From IMG/VR virus record IMGVR_UViG_3300008108_000202: a stretch of DNA of 64,000 nucleotides; one strand, 5' to 3'. Source of the stretch: an uncultured virus (IMG/VR IMGVR_UViG_3300008108_000202) (taxonomy: Duplodnaviria > Heunggongvirae > Uroviricota > Caudoviricetes). The notes under the pieces are model-generated. The model searched no databases and was not told where the DNA came from. It saw only the letters and a program-made list of their open reading frames with translations. The position numbers and the translations under genes were made by a program. Positions 1 to 6,693 of this stretch are shown one piece after another (positions within the stretch are counted from its first letter, which is position 1; each line of letters starts with the position of its first letter).

Positions 1-124
1 TCTCTTGTATCAAACTTTTTGTAGTCCAAACGATTCCTTTATTGAACTTAATCATTTTGGTAATATCTCCTACGACTCATTCTCAACTCACTTGCCTAAG
101 CCTTGTCCGTTGTAAATTCTTTTG

Positions 125-198
125 TGTGTATGATGGGTTACGATCCCATTACCTTTGGTTCCACAAACCAACGCTCTACCGATTGAGCTACATACACC
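125..198 (-). tRNA. tRNA-His(GTG), G-1 present, atypical T-loop GATCGTAAC
   Basis: Cloverleaf; anticodon arm TTGGT-TTGTGGA-ACCAA; acceptor GTGTATG/CATACAC. Confidence 0.9.
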
Positions 199-206
199 AT
201 GTATTG

Positions 207-276
207 TACCGATAAAGGGTAACGATCCCAATGACAACCAGGATATGAGCCCGGCTCGGACACCTGTCCTATCGGT
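207..276 (-). tRNA. Degenerate tRNA with CAT anticodon (Met or Ile2)
   Basis: Anticodon arm CCGGG-CTCATAT-CCTGG, acceptor ACCGATA/TATCGGT; very short D-arm and weak T-stem. Confidence 0.55.
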
Positions 277-282
277 ATGTTG

Positions 283-371
283 AGGAAAGCAGTGGTAACG
301 ATCCACAATCGGTTTCTCACCGATCACATTGTTTAGCAAACAAGTCCCGTCGCCTTCAGGGATTACTTTCC
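283..371 (-). tRNA. tRNA-Ser(GCT)
   Basis: GCT anticodon, long variable arm GATCGGT-GAGAA-ACCGATT, acceptor GGAAAGT/GCTTTCC. Confidence 0.85.
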
Positions 372-376
372 ATTTG

Positions 377-449
377 TGCTCATCACCGGTTACGATCCGA
401 TTCTCTCCACGATATCAGCGTGGTGCTTTCCCGATTAAGCTAGATGAGC
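377..449 (-). tRNA. tRNA-Ile(GAT)
   Basis: CCACG-CTGATAT-CGTGG; acceptor GCTCATC/GATGAGC. Confidence 0.9.
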
Positions 450-452
450 CTG

Positions 453-986
453 TTATAATAGTTTTTCGTGTATCTCAGCATGACAATTTGAGCACACTAA
501 TAAACATTTATCCACTTCTTCTTTTAATCTGTCAAATGACAAACTCTTTCCTGAAATTGTGAAGTCTTTTTCATTTGGATTTTTATGGTGGAATTGTAGT
601 GCGGTCAGACATTTATTATAACCACATATTTCACACTTCCCTCCCTTGTATTCAATCAATTTCTTTTTAGTTCTCTTTCTCCATGATATAACAGATTGAG
701 ACCCACTAATCTTTTTAACCCTAACAACACTTTTAACGTGTTTTTTAACAGTTTCAAAAGACCTACCCGTAATCCTTACAACTTTTTTTAAGGAACCCAC
801 TTCATCGTATAATTTTTGAAGTTGTTCTTTTTCTTCTTCTGTTACTTTTTGATTGTTGTTGCCTAATTTATGTATCTGACAATGATACGACACTGTTGAC
901 ATTGCGCAACCTAAAATTTTTGTAATTTCTTTGTAGGTTTTTCCTTCTTTCCTCAAAGATATAATTTTTTCCGAATACCTTTCCAT
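453..986 (-). CDS. HNH endonuclease with N-terminal HTH (putative homing endonuclease)
   Basis: CEICG...LQFHH...CLLVCSNCHAEIH; N-terminal HTH (KTYKEITKILGCAMSTVSYH). Confidence 0.85.
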   Translation of the reverse strand: MERYSEKIISLRKEGKTYKEITKILGCAMSTVSYHCQIHKLGNNNQKVTEEEKEQLQKLYDEVGSLKKVVRITGRSFETVKKHVKSVVRVKKISGSQSVISWRKRTKKKLIEYKGGKCEICGYNKCLTALQFHHKNPNEKDFTISGKSLSFDRLKEEVDKCLLVCSNCHAEIHEKLL

Positions 987-1036
987 AACATTAACATTTT
1001 ATATTAATAAATATCTGATAGTTCGGAAAAAATAAG

Positions 1037-1124
1037 CTGATGGGGTGGGATTCGAACCCACGGTGGAGAAAATTCTCGTCGGATTAACAGTCCGATGCGT
1101 TCGGCCAACTACGCGAACCCATCA
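1037..1124 (-). tRNA. tRNA-Asn(GTT) with long variable arm
   Basis: TCGGA-CTGTTAA-TCCGA; GGTTCGAATCC T-arm; extra arm GAGAATTTTCTC. Confidence 0.85.
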
Positions 1125-1133
1125 ATTTTTTTG

Positions 1134-1216
1134 TGGGAGAGGAGGGACTTGAACCCCCACGTCCTCACGGAAACGGTTTTACAGACCGCCGAGCCAACCA
1201 ATTGCTCAACACTCCC
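1134..1216 (-). tRNA. tRNA-Tyr(GTA)
   Basis: GCGGT-CTGTAAA-ACCGT; long variable arm; GGTTCAAGTCC. Confidence 0.92.
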
Positions 1217-1222
1217 AAATTT

Positions 1223-1355
1223 AGGAAATCAGAAGATGGTTGCGTGGACATCTGATTTTACGATTGGCGTTACTTTGGTGTATATCTCCCAACTCCGATG
1301 ATACTGACCGATATACACTCTCGTGTCATTAGTATCACCCTTCCCCAATCAACCT
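1223..1355 (-). ncRNA. Candidate structured ncRNA with pseudoknot
   Basis: Several perfect helices (see findings) between tRNA-Val and tRNA-Tyr. Confidence 0.55.
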
Positions 1356-1359
1356 ATAG

Positions 1360-1430
1360 TACCCCAAGATGGATTTGAACCACCACCGATAGTATGTAAC
1401 ACTATCACGCTCCCATTACGCCATTGAGGT
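1360..1430 (-). tRNA. tRNA-Val(TAC)
   Basis: ATAGT-GTTACAT-ACTAT; GGTTCAAATCC; acceptor ACCTCAA/TTGGGGT. Confidence 0.88.
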
Positions 1431-1499
1431 GTTTTAGTTTTTCAGAACAAAAGTAACCATTTTTTGGTAACTATCACCCCTTTTTACTAAATTTTTTTG

Positions 1500-1574
1500 T
1501 GACCCCGGTGAGACTTGAACTCACGACCCCTCCGTTAAAAGCGGAGTGCTCTAAACCAACTGAGCTACGAGATC
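1500..1574 (-). tRNA. tRNA-Lys(TTT)
   Basis: CTCCG-CTTTTAA-CGGAG; canonical D and T arms. Confidence 0.93.
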
Positions 1575-1592
1575 TTCTGTTTGTCATACTTG

Positions 1593-1781
1593 TCACTTTC
1601 CATAAGACATTAGTTTTTGATTGTTTATTTTTATTTCTGTTTCTACCCTTTTTAGTTCTTCACTTAAATCCCCACGGTAGGATGGGTCTTTACTAATTTT
1701 GGATAAACTTAAGTAATAATTGTTTAAACCCTCAAGTCTTCCTTTAATTGCAATTTTTTCACATTCTTCGTTTGTTACCAT
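1593..1781 (-). CDS. Hypothetical protein between tRNAs
   Basis: 62-aa ORF MVTNEECEK...; longer track ORF overlaps tRNA-Pro. Confidence 0.55.
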   Translation of the reverse strand: MVTNEECEKIAIKGRLEGLNNYYLSLSKISKDPSYRGDLSEELKRVETEIKINNQKLMSYGK

Positions 1782-1796
1782 TTTTTTAAATTTTAG

Positions 1797-1869
1797 TAGG
1801 GTAGACAGGGGTCGAACCTGCATCGTCCACGTCCCAAACGTGGTGACTTACCAATTAGTCAACTACCCT
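1797..1869 (-). tRNA. tRNA-Pro(TGG)
   Basis: CCACG-TTTGGGA-CGTGG; GGTTCGACCC. Confidence 0.92.
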
Positions 1870-1875
1870 ATGTTG

Positions 1876-1959
1876 AGGAAGCCTGAGGTGTCGATCCCCA
1901 TACCTTTCAGTACCGCCCGTTTTCAAGACGGGGTTGCAAGCCGTTGCAATTAGACTTCC
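1876..1959 (-). tRNA. tRNA-Ser(TGA)
   Basis: CCCGT-CTTGAAA-ACGGG; long variable arm; T-loop GATCGACAC. Confidence 0.88.
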
Positions 1960-1968
1960 TTTTTGTTG

Positions 1969-2040
1969 ATCTCCCCCGAGGGTTCGAACCTCAATTCCAT
2001 GGACCAAAACCATGTGTCCTGCCAGTTAGACGAGGGGAGA
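1969..2040 (-). tRNA. tRNA-Gln(TTG)
   Basis: CATGG-TTTTGGT-CCATG; GGTTCGAACC. Confidence 0.92.
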
Positions 2041-2079
2041 ATTTAAGGCCAATATGTCAAAGAACATTTTCTTTTTTTG

Positions 2080-2151
2080 AGGTCTCTGTCGGAACTGACC
2101 CGACAACTCAACTTTACAAGAGTCGTATTTTTCCTGTTAAACTAAGAGACC
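2080..2151 (-). tRNA. tRNA-Thr(TGT), atypical T-loop
   Basis: CGACT-CTTGTAA-AGTTG; acceptor GGTCTCT/AGAGACC; T-arm GTCGG-GTCAGTT-CCGAC. Confidence 0.82.
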
Positions 2152-2160
2152 AATGTAAAA

Positions 2161-2189
2161 CAAAAAACCCGAGATTTTGTGTCTCGGGT
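2161..2189 (-). terminator. Intrinsic terminator directly upstream of tRNA cluster (attenuator terminator)
   Basis: ACCCGAGA-CACAAAA-TCTCGGGT followed by T-run on minus strand. Confidence 0.8.
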
Positions 2190-2220
2190 CTTTCATTTTT
2201 ATTTTATATTTGATGATACG

Positions 2221-2331
2221 TTATACCATACTATTAAATGAAAGACACCGAAGACGCTGAAGCGTAATATACGACTTGACCCAATTCTGACACGGGTTAC
2301 TAAAGTTCATATGTTTCATTGTTGTTTTCAT
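2221..2331 (-). CDS. Putative attenuator leader peptide, 36 aa (MKTTMKHMNFSNPCQNWVKSYITLQRLRCLSFNSMV)
   Basis: Short ORF whose 3' part is complementary to the terminator 5' arm; TATTTAT motif 7 nt upstream. Confidence 0.65.
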   Translation of the reverse strand: MKTTMKHMNFSNPCQNWVKSYITLQRLRCLSFNSMV

Positions 2332-2413
2332 CTTGGTTATAAATATATGTATTTTACAAAAAGTTTTAAATTCTTTTACAAATTTAGTAATATTTTTTTA
2401 TTTGACAAGCATT

Positions 2414-2527
2414 TTATTGATTTTTTTCATAAAATTCTTCTTGATCCTCTTTTAATTTATGTAAATAAACATAAAATTCTTCAGAGTTTATAAATTCATT
2501 ATGAATTATTTCTAAAATTTCGTCCAT
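2414..2527 (-). CDS. Small acidic hypothetical protein (37 aa)
   Basis: MDEILEIIHNEF...; TAACTTTG promoter-like element immediately upstream. Confidence 0.45.
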   Translation of the reverse strand: MDEILEIIHNEFINSEEFYVYLHKLKEDQEEFYEKNQ

Positions 2528-2608
2528 GTAACAAAGTTAAATATTTTTTTAATAAAAGACAACTTTTGTAGTTTAATTGGATATTTATATAATATAATCC
2601 ATTAGACT

Positions 2609-3130
2609 ATGAAAAAAGAAGAATTAGAAAACTTGATAAATGATGGTAAGTCATTGAACCAAATTAGTAAGGAAATAGGTAAGTCTTTAACATCTGTTAG
2701 GTATTGGGCAAAAAAACACAAAATACCTTTTGAAACTAAAAATTTCTCAAATCAAGGGATAAAGGATTATGGGGAATCAAGATTATGCCCAAGATGTAAA
2801 AAATCATGTTCTATTGATCAATTTTATGATAGGAGAGGTAAAAAAAATAGTTCAGTATATTGTAAAAAATGTACCACTGAACAGGTTGTGGAACGAACTC
2901 AGAAATTGAAACAAGAAATGGTAAACTATAAAGGGGGTTGTTGTGAATTATGTGGGTATGACAAATATATAGGTGCGTTAGATTTTCATCATATAAACCC
3001 AAATGAAAAAGATTTTACAATTGCAAAAGTTAGACAATATAAATTTGATGAAGTAATAAAGGAAGAATTGGATAAATGTATGTTAGTATGTTCTAATTGT
3101 CACCGTGAGATACACGGTGGATTAAAGTAG
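2609..3130 (+). CDS. HNH endonuclease with HTH and Zn-finger (putative homing endonuclease)
   Basis: CPRC..CKKC; CELCG...LDFHH...CSNCHREIH; paralog of 453..986. Confidence 0.85.
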   Translation: MKKEELENLINDGKSLNQISKEIGKSLTSVRYWAKKHKIPFETKNFSNQGIKDYGESRLCPRCKKSCSIDQFYDRRGKKNSSVYCKKCTTEQVVERTQKLKQEMVNYKGGCCELCGYDKYIGALDFHHINPNEKDFTIAKVRQYKFDEVIKEELDKCMLVCSNCHREIHGGLK

Positions 3131-3204
3131 TACACCCGCCAGGATTCAAACCTGGAATCTACTCATTAGAAGTGAGTTGCATTGTTCAATTATGCTACGG
3201 GTGC
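3131..3204 (-). tRNA. tRNA-Arg(TCT)
   Basis: ACTCA-CTTCTAA-TGAGT; acceptor GCACCCG/CGGGTGT. Confidence 0.9.
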
Positions 3205-3210
3205 GTTTTA

Positions 3211-3396
3211 TCAGATCTTCTTTACCTCATAAGTATGACCTGAATCTGAATTAGTTTGAAAGATGTCTTTCATTTTTTCAGCATCTTCTTCTGTTTCAAA
3301 TTCCCAAACTTCATTATCACTATTTAGAAGGATAACAGGTAGTCTTTTTGTGGGGATTGAACTTGATACTTTTACGTGTTTAACTATTACATACAT
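3211..3396 (-). CDS. Hypothetical protein
   Basis: 61-aa ORF. Confidence 0.65.
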   Translation of the reverse strand: MYVIVKHVKVSSSIPTKRLPVILLNSDNEVWEFETEEDAEKMKDIFQTNSDSGHTYEVKKI

Positions 3397-3443
3397 ATGA
3401 CAATTATAATAACTTATTTTTGATCTGTCAATAGGTATAAAAC

Positions 3444-3467
3444 AAAATGGGGATTACTCCCCACTTT
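3444..3467 (-). terminator. Intrinsic terminator
   Basis: AAAGTGGGGA-GTAA-TCCCCATTTT. Confidence 0.7.
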
Positions 3468-3543
3468 GCTAGATAATAAACACCTCCCTTTCTTTTGATG
3501 GTTTATCCTCACCCAACAACTACGTCAGATAAGTTTCATCGGG

Positions 3544-5310
3544 TTAATCAGTACCTTTAATTTTCTTAAGTATTGATTCAACCATAGTTTTTTTCTTCTT
3601 ACTTTGTATTGCTTCTGAAATTGTATTTTTAACAATTGACTCAAGTTGCATTCCTGGAGTTTTTTGTATTGTTTTCATATAATCTTTTAAACAAAACTTA
3701 TCAATACCAACTTTTGATCTTTTCTTATCGGTTGTTTGATAACATCTATATAATGACTTTAATTCATCTCTAATTCCAAATTCACCCTCAACAAAGTTTT
3801 TATCTTCATCACATTTTATAACGGTTTCTTTTAATTTAGTTAAAGTGTTTGAATCCAAACCTTCAAGATCCTTAAATTGTATAATTCTTTCAGATTTGAA
3901 TGCTCTATAATAAAGTTGTTTAACCGCACTTTTACAAGCCTTTCTTTTTACTTCAGGTCTTGTATCTGCCGATTTTGCTGTATTTATGATATTATCAACA
4001 TCAACTTTCTCTGACTCAGAATAAGATGCTTTCCATATTGGAGTTGTGTTTCCGTAATGTTTTTCATAAACACTTCCTCCATATTGTTCAAGACTTTTGA
4101 AAAATTCACCAACAGTAGTTTTTGTTCCTAACAACTCAGGTTTATCTAATGATGGTTCAACAAAAGTATAACCTTTTGATTCAACGAATTTTTTAACTTC
4201 AGGATTAATTACTACCTCATCTTTTTTTGGTGTTGGGGTAGGTGTAGGAGTTGTACCTTGTGGTTTTGTATCACTCATAGGATCCGATGAAGATTTTGGT
4301 GGCATTCTACTAATGTTTTGCTCAAACAATCTTAAGTTAAGAACTTTCTTAACAACGGATTCTGACATGGTTTCATAAGAATCATCAAATGTTGATTCTT
4401 CTTCTGTTGGTTGCCAATCACTCTTAGGATCTTTAATAAGTTTAATAATTGTTTTTTGATTATTATCTAAACCTGCAGTTAAATAACCAACCTCACCTTT
4501 TTTTGCTTTACCTTGTGGGTGTATTGGGTATAAGACAACATAGTAATCACCATTTTTAAAATCATTAACTAATTTTTGAATTCCTGATTCTGATGTTGTA
4601 TCAATTTCTTGTGGTGTCAATTCAACCTTTGATTCATTTTTATCGTATTTAATTACATATACAAACGTTTGAGTTTTTGGTATAAACTTTAATGCTCCCA
4701 AATTAGTTATTTGACCATTCTTCATTAAAGTTTTCCACCATTCTTTTTGTTCTTCAGGTCCAAATTTCAATCCACCACCAGGAGTTACAGGAGAAGAAGA
4801 ACAGATTGATTCAATCTCTTCTTTTGTTGCAGAAGTTTTACCTGTTTTTAATTTTAATGCGGACTCTGTATTTGACCCAAAGTATGAATCTTGTTTTGAT
4901 CCGAGACATCCTTGTAGTTTGTAAATTGATCCATTAACATTTGGACTTCCCTTTGAGGATCCAGGATCTTTACATCCTTTTACAAATGGCCCTGTTGTAC
5001 AATCATTGTATGTTTGACTTACAGGTGTTATTGTATCGTCAGTGTTTGAGGTTACTTCTTTTCTTTTAATATGATAACTTGTACTATTGTTTGCTTTACA
5101 CAAATAAGTTTTTTTATCGTATATTTTTTCACTTGCTTTGTTATAATTTTCTTCTGGTTGTCTAGACCAACCATCTGACGCTAATGCATTAAGATCGGAT
5201 TTACATTTACTAAAAGAGGGCTCTGTGGTTGGTTTACCACCTGGTTTACCACCATCTTTTTTTGGCTTACCACTTGGTTTACCTTCACTAATATATTTAA
5301 TTGGTTTCAT
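3544..5310 (-). CDS. Large hypothetical protein with peptidoglycan-binding-like motif
   Basis: 588 aa; LQGCLG..QDSYFGSNTESAL resembles PG_binding_1 core; PT-rich linker. Confidence 0.7.
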   Translation of the reverse strand: MKPIKYISEGKPSGKPKKDGGKPGGKPTTEPSFSKCKSDLNALASDGWSRQPEENYNKASEKIYDKKTYLCKANNSTSYHIKRKEVTSNTDDTITPVSQTYNDCTTGPFVKGCKDPGSSKGSPNVNGSIYKLQGCLGSKQDSYFGSNTESALKLKTGKTSATKEEIESICSSSPVTPGGGLKFGPEEQKEWWKTLMKNGQITNLGALKFIPKTQTFVYVIKYDKNESKVELTPQEIDTTSESGIQKLVNDFKNGDYYVVLYPIHPQGKAKKGEVGYLTAGLDNNQKTIIKLIKDPKSDWQPTEEESTFDDSYETMSESVVKKVLNLRLFEQNISRMPPKSSSDPMSDTKPQGTTPTPTPTPKKDEVVINPEVKKFVESKGYTFVEPSLDKPELLGTKTTVGEFFKSLEQYGGSVYEKHYGNTTPIWKASYSESEKVDVDNIINTAKSADTRPEVKRKACKSAVKQLYYRAFKSERIIQFKDLEGLDSNTLTKLKETVIKCDEDKNFVEGEFGIRDELKSLYRCYQTTDKKRSKVGIDKFCLKDYMKTIQKTPGMQLESIVKNTISEAIQSKKKKTMVESILKKIKGTD

Positions 5311-5312
5311 TA

Positions 5313-6641
5313 TTACTCAATATATTTAAATGTTCCGTTTTTATATTCATATTTAAAATCTTGACTACCATCATTAACGATAAATATATCACCATCTTTT
5401 CTAAAAGTTTCGTTACCAGTATAATCGGATCCCCAATCATTTTTAATAAATTCAGTAAAGTCACCAATTGTTACCTCACCAACACCAACTTCAGTATTAG
5501 ATTCTTCACTACTTTTCCACCATTCTTTACCACTACACAAATCTCTATAAAAGTTAGAATCTGAAATAGTCCAAAAATCAGGAATGTCAGCAAAGGACAA
5601 TAAACTGCAAGTTGTTTTTTTCCAAAGACCATTATCCATACCAATAAAATCCCCAAAAGCAGACAAAGCGGTTGCTATACCAATAAAACCAACGGCACAT
5701 CCTGGTGCCTTATAAAAAGTTTTCCAATCTATCTTACCAATCCCACAACTTTCTTTCAGTTTTTGTGCCATTTTTTGTATTCTACCCAATTTTTGAGATT
5801 GTTTACCCGCCGTACCTGAGTTAATTTTTTCAATTCTAGTTCCTACTTGACCTAAAAAATCATTTACATCTATGCTAGTTTTACCTTTATACATTGTTGT
5901 ATATACAAATTCACGTAATTCCTCAGTTTGATCATCAGATAATTTATATTTTGACTCCTTTAATCCTTGATCAAATACAATGTCAAATTCCGGGTCAGTA
6001 CCTTTTACATATTTTCCAGGACTTGATATTGTTGTTGTGGTTGGGCTTGGTTTTGTTACAAATTTACTTTTACCCGCAGATCCTACAACATCATCAACTA
6101 CACCTGAACTCTTCAAACTATTGTAAGAGTTATCAACAAACTCTTTTCTTAATGCGATAACTAAATCATTTATTTGACTATCGGATTTAATTAAAGTTTC
6201 AGACATATTATTAAGATAGTCCATAACTTCACTAGAAGTGTATTTATTTCCTGATGTTTTTAATCTATTTATGGTGTCCAGGGCTTTTTTATGGACATCA
6301 CCACCCAGTTGACCCCAAACTTTTTTTGCAAAATTAGTCAAATTAACATCACTTAAATTGTTAATAATTTTAATTACAACGACTTGAGCGTCACTACCTC
6401 CTTTAGCTAGTTTTGTAATATCATCAGGCTTAAGAGTTCCTTTAGGTAACCCAAACTTTTTTTCTAATTTTGTAATTTTTGCCGTAATATCATCAGTAGA
6501 TTTAACACCAAACCTTACGGATGCTGAAATTATATCATCAACTATACTTTCATTAAGTATTTGAGATTTTTCCGAATCTATCTTCATCATCTCAAGAATT
6601 CTTGTTACTTCTTCTTTTAGGATCAAATTTTTATCTTTCAT
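5313..6641 (-). CDS. Hypothetical protein, one hydrophobic segment, ILKEE leader
   Basis: 442-aa ORF. Confidence 0.75.
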   Translation of the reverse strand: MKDKNLILKEEVTRILEMMKIDSEKSQILNESIVDDIISASVRFGVKSTDDITAKITKLEKKFGLPKGTLKPDDITKLAKGGSDAQVVVIKIINNLSDVNLTNFAKKVWGQLGGDVHKKALDTINRLKTSGNKYTSSEVMDYLNNMSETLIKSDSQINDLVIALRKEFVDNSYNSLKSSGVVDDVVGSAGKSKFVTKPSPTTTTISSPGKYVKGTDPEFDIVFDQGLKESKYKLSDDQTEELREFVYTTMYKGKTSIDVNDFLGQVGTRIEKINSGTAGKQSQKLGRIQKMAQKLKESCGIGKIDWKTFYKAPGCAVGFIGIATALSAFGDFIGMDNGLWKKTTCSLLSFADIPDFWTISDSNFYRDLCSGKEWWKSSEESNTEVGVGEVTIGDFTEFIKNDWGSDYTGNETFRKDGDIFIVNDGSQDFKYEYKNGTFKYIE

Positions 6642-6693
6642 TTTTTTTATTTATAAATATTTATTTTTTTTAAAAAAAATTAACCACTTGAGT

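Noticed and set aside
1..120. Possible ncRNA downstream of tRNA-His
   Set aside because: Cut by the window edge; no convincing structure can be established.
1223..1355. tRNA-associated HDV-like (theta) ribozyme
   Set aside because: Helix order leaves no room for P3/L3 between P2 and P1'; kept as unassigned ncRNA.
88..2213. Track ORFs overlapping tRNAs (88..339, 138..320, 329..562, 1095..1301, 1499..1696, 1720..1953, 1944..2213)
   Set aside because: Shadow ORFs of tRNA genes.
6650..6660. T4-type late promoter TATAAATA
   Set aside because: It appears on the non-coding strand relative to adjacent genes; the consistent gene-oriented motif is TATTTAT.
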